Shown here in pieces: positions 37,687 through 46,164 of a stretch of DNA of 64,000 bases (position 1 is the first letter of the stretch; every line of letters begins with the position of its first letter). A program made the position numbers and the translations under genes. Source of the stretch: an uncultured Bacillota bacterium (lineage in GTDB: Bacteria > Bacillota_I > Bacilli_A > RFN20 > CAG-288). The stretch covers positions 10,821 through 74,820 of the forward strand of contig CASESG010000004.1 in assembly GCA_949290645.1 (NCBI GenBank), given 5' to 3'. The notes under the pieces were generated by a model that worked only from the letters and a program-made list of their open reading frames with translations, searched no databases and was not told the DNA's origin.

Positions 37687-38825
37687 AACTCGACCTCCCA
37701 ATGGGCATAGAGAGTCAGCTGACTTCCGTAGACGGGTGTCAGGTCGGTAAACTTGCCGCTGAAGGCGTTCTCCTCTGGAGAAGTATACCATCCCGAGAAC
37801 GTCGATCCTTCCCGGGTCGGGATTCCGACCGTCTCGAAGCTGTTCTCCCCCGTCAGGGGAATGTTGGTCCCGACTTCCAGGGAATCGAGATAGCGGAAGT
37901 TGGATCCGTCCGCAAAGGTTCCGCCGTTGGCGTTGAAGTAGATGGTGCAGTACTCCGTGGTCGTGGTTCCGCCCGTCCCCTTCATCGTGAAGATTGGATT
38001 GCCCCAGCCGCTTGTTCCCTTGCAGTAGACTTCTCCCGTCGTGGTGTTGAGATAATAGTCTCCCTCGTTTCCGATCGATGAGGAGGGAGCGACGTCTCCG
38101 TAGTACCAACGGGTCGACTGCGGACGCGGCAGGCGCAGGATGTCCGTCCTGCCGTCGCTATAGGAGATGATCAATCCATAGTAGTCATCGTCTGACTGGG
38201 CATCCGAGAGGAATATCGTCTCGATTCCAGCGCCATCTTCACTCGGTGGAATCGAGATGACGGTTGGTTCCCTTCCATCGGTATAGGTGATGGTGACCTG
38301 ATAGTTTCCTGTCGCTTCATCGATGACATAGGAAATGGTGTCAATCCCGACTCCATCCTTTCCGTCGGTCGCCTTGGGAATGGTGATCTCCGAGGTCGTC
38401 CCATCGGTGTAGGTGAACGTCAGGATCGTGTTTCCTGTCTCCTCGTCCTGACGGACGTCGACCGAGGCGATTCCCCTTCCCGCCTCGCCCTGAAGGACGG
38501 GGAAAGAGAGGATGGTCGGCTCGACGCTCTCGTCCGTATAGGTGATGGTAAGGACGACCGAATCGCCTTCCATCGCCGTCTGAACGTCCGCGATGCCGAC
38601 GCCGTCTTTTCCGCTCATTCCGGCGGGAAGGGTGACGACGAGGGGAGCGACGCTCGAATCGGTATACGTGATCGTCAGGATCGTGTTTCCCTCTGCGTCC
38701 GTCCCGCTCTGGACGTCCTGGATGAGATAGCCGTCGCTGCCGAAGATGAAGGAGCAGGAGGAAAGGGTCGGTGCCATCGTCAGCAGGCCGAGCGTGAGAA
38801 GCATCTTCGAAAAGGTTCGTTTCAT
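37683..38825 (-). CDS. Lipoprotein with five roughly 38-aa G-x-D-G-x-G-I...TITYTDG repeats and a C-terminal Listeria-Bacteroides (Flg_new) repeat domain
   Basis: AGGAGG RBS. MKRTFSKMLLTLGLLTMAPTLSSC gives a lipobox. The repeats are visible by eye. The C-terminus YCTIYFNANGGTF...GSTFSGWYTSPE...LTLYAHWE is Flg_new-like. Confidence 0.8.
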   Translation of the reverse strand: MKRTFSKMLLTLGLLTMAPTLSSCSFIFGSDGYLIQDVQSGTDAEGNTILTITYTDSSVAPLVVTLPAGMSGKDGVGIADVQTAMEGDSVVLTITYTDESVEPTILSFPVLQGEAGRGIASVDVRQDEETGNTILTFTYTDGTTSEITIPKATDGKDGVGIDTISYVIDEATGNYQVTITYTDGREPTVISIPPSEDGAGIETIFLSDAQSDDDYYGLIISYSDGRTDILRLPRPQSTRWYYGDVAPSSSIGNEGDYYLNTTTGEVYCKGTSGWGNPIFTMKGTGGTTTTEYCTIYFNANGGTFADGSNFRYLDSLEVGTNIPLTGENSFETVGIPTREGSTFSGWYTSPEENAFSGKFTDLTPVYGSQLTLYAHWEVEL

Positions 38826-38841
38826 CGTGCTTTCCTCCTTG

Positions 38842-39939
38842 TCAGGCAACATCATACCACGCATAGAGCTGGAGATCCCTCAGGACCGGAGTCGTGTCGT
38901 CGAAGCGACCGGCGTTGGGATCGTAGGTCGGAGAGGTGTACCAGCCCAGGAAGAGGTCGTCTCCTCGCTCGGGGATTCCGATCTGTTCGCCGAGGATCCG
39001 CCGGGAAAGCCTTTCGCCTTCCTGGACGAAGTAGGAGACGCTTTCCGCGCCCGAAGGCAGGCTTCCGCCCTGGGCGTCGAAGGTCACGGAGTAGTAGTCG
39101 GGCTCTTCCTCCGCGGCATAGCCGTCGATGGTCAGGAGGAAGGTCCACCCCGCCTCCTCCTTGGCATAGAAGTCTCCGGACTGGATGTCGAGGTAGAAGT
39201 CCCCCACCTCGCCTTGGGAGGGCGAAGGCTCTCCCATTCCGCGCCACCATTCCTGGGCGCGGCCGTAGGGGAGTGGAAGGTCGAACGTGCTTCCGTCGCT
39301 GAGGGTGAAGGTATAGACGCAGGAAGTGGAAGTCACTTCCGTGATCTCGACATGGTCGATCGTGACGCCGTCCCTGCCGTCGGGAAGGAAGAAGACCGTA
39401 TCCGGAGAGCCGTCCTGGTAGTGCAGGACGACCCTCGTTCCGCCTTCCTCTTCCGTGACCTCGAAGGAGGAGATGAGGTGCGTCGCATCCACTCCGTCCT
39501 CGCCCTTGGGAAGGAGGAGGGAGGGACTTTGCGTGCCGTCGGAATACTCGAAGACGAGATTCGTTCCGCCCGTCTCCTCGTCCGTGGAGACGACCAGTCC
39601 CGTAACCAGCCGTCCTTCCTCGCCTTGGGCGTTGGGGACGCGGAAGACGACGTCGTCCCTTCCCGTGAGGGAGATCGTGATCACGATCTCCTCTCCCTCG
39701 ACCTGGGCCGTCACGTCCTCGATCGTCGCCCCGTCCGCTCCAGAAGCGGCGCCGGGAAGGCTCAGGACGAAGTCGGGACGGACGCCGTCCTGGAAGGAGA
39801 GGACGACCTGCTGGTTCCCCTGCCCGTCGACTGTGGTCGACACGTCCTCGATCAGCGCCCCCTGACTCGACCCGAAGAGGAGCGAGCAGGAGGAGAGAAG
39901 GAGGGCCAGAGACGGCAGGAAAAGAATTCCCTTCTTCAT
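38842..39939 (-). CDS. Lipoprotein, paralog of 37683..38825 (G-x-DG repeats plus Flg_new domain)
   Basis: MKKGILFLPSLALLLSSC gives a lipobox. Repeats include GADGATIEDV...ITISL and GEDGVDATHL. The C-terminus is YSVTFDAQGGSL...FLGWYTSP...LQLYAWYD. ATGA overlap with the upstream gene. Confidence 0.8.
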   Translation of the reverse strand: MKKGILFLPSLALLLSSCSLLFGSSQGALIEDVSTTVDGQGNQQVVLSFQDGVRPDFVLSLPGAASGADGATIEDVTAQVEGEEIVITISLTGRDDVVFRVPNAQGEEGRLVTGLVVSTDEETGGTNLVFEYSDGTQSPSLLLPKGEDGVDATHLISSFEVTEEEGGTRVVLHYQDGSPDTVFFLPDGRDGVTIDHVEITEVTSTSCVYTFTLSDGSTFDLPLPYGRAQEWWRGMGEPSPSQGEVGDFYLDIQSGDFYAKEEAGWTFLLTIDGYAAEEEPDYYSVTFDAQGGSLPSGAESVSYFVQEGERLSRRILGEQIGIPERGDDLFLGWYTSPTYDPNAGRFDDTTPVLRDLQLYAWYDVA

Positions 39940-42359
39940 CGTCCCTGTCCTCCCTTCAGATCCGAAAGGGGCGGCATCTTGTCGAAGTATTCCGGCGTTC
40001 CCGTCACGTCTCCGTTGACATAGGTCCGGAAGGGATGCGTTCCCGTCACGGCGACGACCGCCTTGGAAAGCGCCTTGAGCAGGGTGTCGAAGAGCTCTTC
40101 TCCCATCGAGGGGGAATAGGCGCCCGAGAGGATCGCCTGGGCGACGTCGATCTCGATCTCGTCGGAGACGTCAGGGTCGTCCGTCGCAAAGTCGACGCTC
40201 GAAAGGTTCTTTCCTCCGCCATAGAAGATGACGTTGGTCGAGACGTAGTCCTCTCCCGACTCCGGATCGCGATAGTAGGCGTCCGAAGCCGTCAGGATGT
40301 CGTTCAGGATCGGCTTGACGGGGAAGAAGTCGTCGATCGTGATGTCGGCCTCGATGCCCTGGCTGGCCATCAGGGTCGAGAGGTTCTGCAGGATCAATCC
40401 CGAAAGGTCCATCGAGTCGAGCGTCTTCCAGTCGTAGAAGCGGACGTCCCCCTCCAGGGTGAGATGGACCGGAAGGGAGGTCCCGCCGACTTCCTGAGGC
40501 GGAAGGGCCATGTCGCCCAGAAGCTCGTGGACGATGGAGGGCATGCCGTTATAGAGGTATCCGCCGTTGAAGAGCGTGTCGAAGGCGATGGAATAGACGG
40601 CCGAGTTGCCGAAGAAGGTGTCGCGGACCGTGACGTCCGTCCCCAGGACGTTTCCTTCCGCATCCCGGTAGCCGTCCGTGTTGTCCAGGGCTTCCTGCAT
40701 GCCCGAAAGGAAGGAGAGGTAGGAAGTGCCGTCCTGCGCCATCAAGGTCTCCTGCATCCAGCGGTCGGCGGACGCATAGGTGGATTCGTCGTTCTCGTCA
40801 TAGAACGTATCCATGAACGACGAGAAGTCGTAGTCGTGGCTGGTTCCGCCAAGCTCGAACTGGACGCGCCGATTCCGGTCGATGCCGTTGTACTCGTTGT
40901 TTCCCAGGTAGAGGAGGAACTCGCCACCGTTCTGGAGGATCGAGTTCTCGATCAGAAGCCCGTCGGAGGAGAAGGCGCGGACGACGTTCTTCCCGTTCTG
41001 GATGACCGAGTTGCGAATCGTGTTGTCCCTTCCCTCGACGTCGACGACCGACCCCGTGTAGAAGAAGTCGTACATGTTGGACTGGTTGTTGGTGTTCTGG
41101 AGACGGACGTCGTCGACGACGATGCCGTCCCCGTCGACGAAGAAGCCGCAGTTGTCCTGCCCGAAGGCCTCGATCAGGGCGTTGGGTCCAATCTCGCCCA
41201 AGGCCACCAGGGCCAAGGGACCCTTGAAGAGGTCCTCCTCGCCTGGGGTCAGAAGGCCCGAAAGTCCGATCGACCCGTGGTTGGGGAAGGCGAGGTTGTG
41301 GAGGTTGATCGAGAATCCGTTTCCGTAGAAGTCCTTCTGGACGTGGACGCCCGCGATCAAGTCGGTGGAAACCGGCGTCTCTGCCACCTCGTTGTACTGG
41401 TCGACGAAGGTCGTCGGATAGGTCGAGGGGAAGGTGTAGACCTCGTCCTCGAAGGAGAACTCCCCGGTCTGGAAGTCGTAATGGCCGAAGAGCTTCATGG
41501 TCTCGGAACGAAGCTCGTCCCGGTAGACCGGGTCCCCTTCCGCGTCCAGGTCGTAGAGATAGGTGTCCCGGAGCGAACCCAGGGACGTCTGCAGGACGAC
41601 CACCTCGCCTTCGGAAGAACGATTGGTGCACCAGAGCAGGTCGTCGTAGTCGCGGACGTTGACGCCTTCGTCGACGACCTCGAAGGAATAGGTCGCCTGG
41701 ATGGAATCGTCCACCCTGGAGACGACGGTCAATGAGGCCTGCCCGCCTTCGAGAAGCGTCAGCTTCTCCGTCTGCGGATCGAAGCGGACGTTGTCCGAGC
41801 ATTCGAAGTCGTAGCTGGCATCCTGCCCGTCGATCATCACTTCGACGGAAAGGGGAATCGTGCTGGCGGACTTCGTTCCGCCGGCGTCGATCTCGTACTG
41901 GCCATAGCGCCGCACCGAGGAGAGGGAGGTGCCGGAGGAAGGAGCCGGATCGTTGATCAGGACGACTCCGTCTTCGTAGCAGTGGGCCTGGAAGGAACGG
42001 GTCTGCGTCCCGGTCTCGTTGCGGACCGTCAAGGTCGCCTCGCCCTCCCCCTGGGCGTAGAGATAGTAGCTTCCGTCCTGCTCGATAACGGAGCAGACGC
42101 CCTCGTCCGATGCCGAGGAGACCTCCCAGAGCAGGTTCTTGCTCTCGTCCTTGATGATCAGGTTCTCGTCGTAGACGGCCTTCGCTTCCAGGGGATAGCC
42201 CTGGTCCTGGATCTGGAAGCCTTCGTTCTGCCGATAGGGGATCTCGATGCCGTCGATGTCGGCCGCGACCTGGTTGATCAGGACCTGGACGGTGACATAG
42301 GTCAGCAGGGAGACGACGATCGGAGCCACCAAGAGGGCGGCGATGGTCTTCTTTTTCAT
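39936..42359 (-). CDS. Membrane-anchored surface protein (807 aa): Ig-like (Big_2-like) modules plus parallel beta-helix repeats
   Basis: N-terminal anchor MKKKTIAALLVAPIVVSLLTYVTVQVL. Ig-like modules ending ...GEGEATLTVRN and ...GGQASLTVVS. Beta-helix-like repeats NTIRNSVIQNGKNVVRAF / LLIENSILQNGGEFLLYL. ATGA overlaps at both ends. Confidence 0.75.
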   Translation of the reverse strand: MKKKTIAALLVAPIVVSLLTYVTVQVLINQVAADIDGIEIPYRQNEGFQIQDQGYPLEAKAVYDENLIIKDESKNLLWEVSSASDEGVCSVIEQDGSYYLYAQGEGEATLTVRNETGTQTRSFQAHCYEDGVVLINDPAPSSGTSLSSVRRYGQYEIDAGGTKSASTIPLSVEVMIDGQDASYDFECSDNVRFDPQTEKLTLLEGGQASLTVVSRVDDSIQATYSFEVVDEGVNVRDYDDLLWCTNRSSEGEVVVLQTSLGSLRDTYLYDLDAEGDPVYRDELRSETMKLFGHYDFQTGEFSFEDEVYTFPSTYPTTFVDQYNEVAETPVSTDLIAGVHVQKDFYGNGFSINLHNLAFPNHGSIGLSGLLTPGEEDLFKGPLALVALGEIGPNALIEAFGQDNCGFFVDGDGIVVDDVRLQNTNNQSNMYDFFYTGSVVDVEGRDNTIRNSVIQNGKNVVRAFSSDGLLIENSILQNGGEFLLYLGNNEYNGIDRNRRVQFELGGTSHDYDFSSFMDTFYDENDESTYASADRWMQETLMAQDGTSYLSFLSGMQEALDNTDGYRDAEGNVLGTDVTVRDTFFGNSAVYSIAFDTLFNGGYLYNGMPSIVHELLGDMALPPQEVGGTSLPVHLTLEGDVRFYDWKTLDSMDLSGLILQNLSTLMASQGIEADITIDDFFPVKPILNDILTASDAYYRDPESGEDYVSTNVIFYGGGKNLSSVDFATDDPDVSDEIEIDVAQAILSGAYSPSMGEELFDTLLKALSKAVVAVTGTHPFRTYVNGDVTGTPEYFDKMPPLSDLKGGQGR

Positions 42360-43960
42360 GCGCGAACCTCCATGGAACGATAGAGCCTCTCCACCACCTT
42401 CGGGCGGGCGAAGGGGACGGGAAGGAGGAGCAGGAGGCCCGGAAGGACAAAGTATCCGTAAAGCGCGTCCTGTGGCGTGCGAAGGAAGGACAAGACAAGT
42501 CCCAGGACGAGCTCCAGGGTCGGAACGAGATAGGACACCAGGGACGAGAGGAAGGAGAGCTTCAGCTCCCGGTCGCTGAGGTCATGAAGGTCGCCCAGAA
42601 GCGAAAGCAGGTTCATCGAGAAAACCAGAAGAAGTCCCAGGACCAGGCTGATCAGGAAGACTTGCCAGGAGACGATTCCGGTCGAGATCAGGACCACCAG
42701 GGAGACAAGAAGGGACAGGGTGGAGAGGGCAAAGGGGCAGAGAAGCTTGACCAAGAGGATCTCCATCGGATGGTAGGGGAGGGTCTTGGTGACCGTCAGT
42801 CCCTTCTCCTCCGCGGAAGGCTTGAGGGCGTTTCCGGAATTGACGATGCCGGCGAAGAAGAGGATCAGGGAGAGGAAGAGGGCATCCAAAGTGGTCGGAT
42901 AGTAGGTCAGGAAGATGTTGAGGTTGGCCGTGAGCATCACCTTCAGGGAGGAGAGGACGACGAAGGAAAGGAAGGGAAGCATGATCAGTACGGAGGTGTA
43001 GGAGAAGGTGTTGGAGCTGTCCTTGAAGAGAAGGAGGAGCTCCTTCTTCCACAAGGCCTTCCTCGGAGAGTCGATGACAAAGGAGGAGACATCGACTGTC
43101 TTCTTGCTCTCGAAGAGGAAGAGCTTCTTGGAAAGGGCGAAGTCCGCCGCGAAATATCCGGCGGACAAGGAGAGAAGGACGATACCCAAGATGACCAGGC
43201 TGTTGGAGAGCATGTTGTCCTTGCCCCAGAAGAAGTCCAGCATGTTGTAGACCGGGAACATGTAGAAGTTGCTGTCGATCAATCCCGAGACGAAAGCCGG
43301 GGAGAGCGTTCCCGTCAGAGATCCGTCGCTGAGGGCGACCAAAAAGAGGTTCAGGAAGACCTGATAGGCGTAGCAGAGACCCACGACGATGCCACAGGAG
43401 AGGAGGAACTGAATCAAATTCCGGTCTTTCAGATAAAGATGGATGACTTGGAAGAGAAGGGAAAGAACAAAGGAAAATCCCATCGATGTCAAGGCGAGGA
43501 TGAAGGTGTAGACAAGAGACATCACATGATACCAATACGGGAAGTGGACCTTGACGCCGAAGGTGATGAGCAAGGGGAGGGAAAGCAGGGAAAGCTCCAG
43601 CCACTGGGCCAGGAAGACATAGAGCATCTTGGAGAAGACCCTCTTCCCCCTGGAGATCGGAAGAGGAGAGACGACCAGTCGGTCTCTCTCGTCAAAGAGG
43701 GTCCTTCTCGCCCTTGTCGCCCCTTCCAGAATGGCCAGAAGAAAGATCAGGAAGAGGAAAAAGCAGACGACTCCGAAAGGAGCGATGTAGGAATAGCGGA
43801 TGAGCTTGTCGTACAAGGCATCGGTCAAGAAGGAAAGAAGGGCGATCAAAAGCCCTCCTCCGACAAAAGTCAGAAGAAGCTTGAGGGCAAAGAGGGCAAG
43901 AGACGACGTTCCTTCCTTCCGGTTGAGCCGGAATTCCTTAAACAAAAGCTCGAAGATCAT
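42356..43960 (-). CDS. Polytopic ABC-exporter permease-like protein (534 aa)
   Basis: Start was re-picked at ATG 43960 (MIFELLFKEFRLNRKEG), an ATGA overlap with the ATPase stop. About 12 hydrophobic segments. The track ORF is over-extended to 44461. Confidence 0.75.
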   Translation of the reverse strand: MIFELLFKEFRLNRKEGTSSLALFALKLLLTFVGGGLLIALLSFLTDALYDKLIRYSYIAPFGVVCFFLFLIFLLAILEGATRARRTLFDERDRLVVSPLPISRGKRVFSKMLYVFLAQWLELSLLSLPLLITFGVKVHFPYWYHVMSLVYTFILALTSMGFSFVLSLLFQVIHLYLKDRNLIQFLLSCGIVVGLCYAYQVFLNLFLVALSDGSLTGTLSPAFVSGLIDSNFYMFPVYNMLDFFWGKDNMLSNSLVILGIVLLSLSAGYFAADFALSKKLFLFESKKTVDVSSFVIDSPRKALWKKELLLLFKDSSNTFSYTSVLIMLPFLSFVVLSSLKVMLTANLNIFLTYYPTTLDALFLSLILFFAGIVNSGNALKPSAEEKGLTVTKTLPYHPMEILLVKLLCPFALSTLSLLVSLVVLISTGIVSWQVFLISLVLGLLLVFSMNLLSLLGDLHDLSDRELKLSFLSSLVSYLVPTLELVLGLVLSFLRTPQDALYGYFVLPGLLLLLPVPFARPKVVERLYRSMEVRA

Positions 43961-44784
43961 TCCTTCTCCTCCTCCACGTCGAACTGGCGGAAGATCTCCT
44001 TGAGCCTTCTTCTTTCCATCGGCTGCTCGCGGAAGTCGATCGAGCGCTTGATGATGCCGCTGTCGAGGATTCCGACCCGGTCGCAGATCTTGGAGACGAA
44101 GTCGATGTTGTGGGAGGTCAGGAAGATCGTCCTTCCGTTGGCCTTGAGATCCTTCATCAGGTTGAAGAGCATCTCGTTGACGACAAGGTCGAGACCGACC
44201 GTCGGCTCGTCCAGGATCCAGATCCTCGGATTGTGGATCAGGGAGGCGATGAGGCAGATCTTCTGCTTCATGCCGTGGGAATACTCGCGAATTCTCTTCT
44301 TCAGGTCCTGGTCGTTGAAGCGAAGGCGGGTGGCCAGAAGATGATAGTTGGTGACGAACTGGTTCTGCTTGACCCCATAGGCACCGGCGACGAAGGAGAG
44401 ATATTCCTTTCCGGTCATGACCTCGTAGGCCGTCGGTTCGCTGGCGACATAGCCAAAGCATCTCTTGGCTTCCTCAGGCGAAGCAAGGACATCGTTTCCG
44501 AAGATCTCGATCGTCCCTTCCTGGAACGACTTGAGACCGACCATGCAGTCGATGGTGGTCGACTTTCCGATGCCGTTTCTTCCGATCAAGCCGAAAGCCT
44601 CACCCTCCAGGACAGAGATGTCGACTCCCCGGAGCACCTCAAAGGAGCCATAGGACTTCTTCAAGCCATGGATCTGGATAGCCGTCTCCTTCTCCTTCTC
44701 GAGCGGAAGTCCTTCTTCCTTCCTGGAGATCGACTCTTCGGTAACGGGCCTTGTGCCCTTGAGCATCTTTGTCAGTGGATTCAT
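43957..44784 (-). CDS. ABC transporter ATP-binding protein
   Basis: Walker A GRNGIGKST, signature YSHGMKQK, Walker B IWILDEPTVGLD. Start was re-picked at ATG 44784 (ATGA overlap). Confidence 0.9.
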   Translation of the reverse strand: MNPLTKMLKGTRPVTEESISRKEEGLPLEKEKETAIQIHGLKKSYGSFEVLRGVDISVLEGEAFGLIGRNGIGKSTTIDCMVGLKSFQEGTIEIFGNDVLASPEEAKRCFGYVASEPTAYEVMTGKEYLSFVAGAYGVKQNQFVTNYHLLATRLRFNDQDLKKRIREYSHGMKQKICLIASLIHNPRIWILDEPTVGLDLVVNEMLFNLMKDLKANGRTIFLTSHNIDFVSKICDRVGILDSGIIKRSIDFREQPMERRRLKEIFRQFDVEEEKE

Positions 44785-46163
44785 CGAGACCTCCAAAGGC
44801 CCTTGAGCCAGACCAGGACCTTTCCGCGATTCTCGATCACGGAGAGGAAGGCGTGGCAGCTCGGGCAATAGTATCCGTCCTCCCTCTTGCTCAGATGGGC
44901 GTTGTGGCAGACAGGACAGCTGTAGTCGAAGGAATGACCCTCGTCGAACAAGAGGAACAAGGAGGCGAGGTAGTTTCGCATCCTTTCCTTGGATGCCCTC
45001 TCACCCGGAACAAGGACAAGGACATGGTCCTGTCTCTTCTCCTCGAGAAGGGACATCGTCGCCAAGGTGACATCGTCGACCTTCCGCTCCCGGACTTCCC
45101 GGAAGAGGGAAGAGACTTCTTCCTCTTTCACCAAGGGAAGGACCTTGAGCAGGCGGTCGGAGGAGGAGAGAGTGGCGTTGTTCTCCCTATCGAGAAGGAC
45201 AGATCGCAAAAGATAGCCGTCCTTGCGCTCGTAGAGGGAGAGGGTGAGATTCTTTCTCCTTGCGAAGAGACACTGGAAGCGGACTTCTCCCTCCTCGACA
45301 CGATAGCCGTAGGGAGTCAGCTCAAAGCCCTCTTCCGCGAGCTCCGAGAGAAGAGAGAGCAGGACGAAGGAGCGATATCCTTTCTCCTCTTTCTTCCCCT
45401 CCTCGTTTCTCTTTCTCAGCTCGTCGACATAGAAGCGGTAGCAATAGGAATAGAGAGGATGGTGAATCAGGACGTTCGTCGCCTGGATCTGTCCCTTGAT
45501 GGGGAACAGGACCAGGTCGTGATAGAACTTGCTGTTCTTCAGGCGCTTGAGATAGGTCAAGGCCTGATGGAGCAAGAGGTCGACATCCTCTTCCTTCTCG
45601 ATGACAGAGCGGTCGTCGAGATAGGGAACCTTGAGGTCGAAGCGGGAGAGCAGGTCCGTCGGCTCATAGCTGAGCCTCTTGTCCTTCCCGTAGTCGAGAA
45701 GAGAGCCTTCCCTTCTTCCAAAGAGATGGATCAAGTCGTGGATCTCACGGTCGACCATGTCGATCAGCATGCAGAGGAAGCGGTTCTCGTAGGTGTTGTC
45801 GACATCGATCTTCTCCGTCGAGTGGACCAGCTCCGGAACCATCGACCCGTCCTTCTTGCGAGACCAGAAGGAAGGCTCGCGGACCGTCTTCCGGAAATCC
45901 TCTTCCGATAGAGGACCCGAGACCTCGACCCTCTTGACTTCCTCTTCCCGGGAAGTGACGATGGCCGGATTCATGACGATGGAGAGGATGCGAGTCAATA
46001 AGGCGACCAGTTTCCTCGTCCAGGAGAGAAGCTTCTTGGGATCTTCCTTTCGATAGAGGTCGACCTTGCCCGTCTTTTCAAGGGAAAGGAGATGGAAGAA
46101 GTTCTTCTCCCCTTCCATCGAGACCAGCTGACGGTGGAGTTCGGACAAAAGCTGTTCTCTCAC
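44781..46163 (-). CDS. McrC/DUF2357-like partner protein with a C-terminal Zn-ribbon and no evident PD-(D/E)xK nuclease motif
   Basis: Lies directly downstream of the McrB-like gene (GTG 46163 is 1 nt after its TAA). The TYENRFL motif is recalled from DUF2357/McrC-like proteins. The C-terminus is CPVCHN...CPSCH. No D...(D/E)xK block was seen by eye. Confidence 0.45.
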   Translation of the reverse strand: MREQLLSELHRQLVSMEGEKNFFHLLSLEKTGKVDLYRKEDPKKLLSWTRKLVALLTRILSIVMNPAIVTSREEEVKRVEVSGPLSEEDFRKTVREPSFWSRKKDGSMVPELVHSTEKIDVDNTYENRFLCMLIDMVDREIHDLIHLFGRREGSLLDYGKDKRLSYEPTDLLSRFDLKVPYLDDRSVIEKEEDVDLLLHQALTYLKRLKNSKFYHDLVLFPIKGQIQATNVLIHHPLYSYCYRFYVDELRKRNEEGKKEEKGYRSFVLLSLLSELAEEGFELTPYGYRVEEGEVRFQCLFARRKNLTLSLYERKDGYLLRSVLLDRENNATLSSSDRLLKVLPLVKEEEVSSLFREVRERKVDDVTLATMSLLEEKRQDHVLVLVPGERASKERMRNYLASLFLLFDEGHSFDYSCPVCHNAHLSKREDGYYCPSCHAFLSVIENRGKVLVWLKGLWRSR

Positions 46164-46164
46164 C

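Noticed and set aside
43961-44461. N-terminal extensions proposed by the ORF track. Examples are 43961-44461 for the permease, 6337-6771 for HAD, 6664-7044 for the exonuclease, 32836-33081 for P6, 37687-38109 for P3, 18958-19086 for the protease and 20724-20891 for cobB.
   Set aside because: The extensions overlap the upstream gene in another frame and encode Arg/Pro-rich nonsense. Downstream ATG/GTG codons with an RBS or 4-nt stop/start overlaps give N-termini typical of each family.
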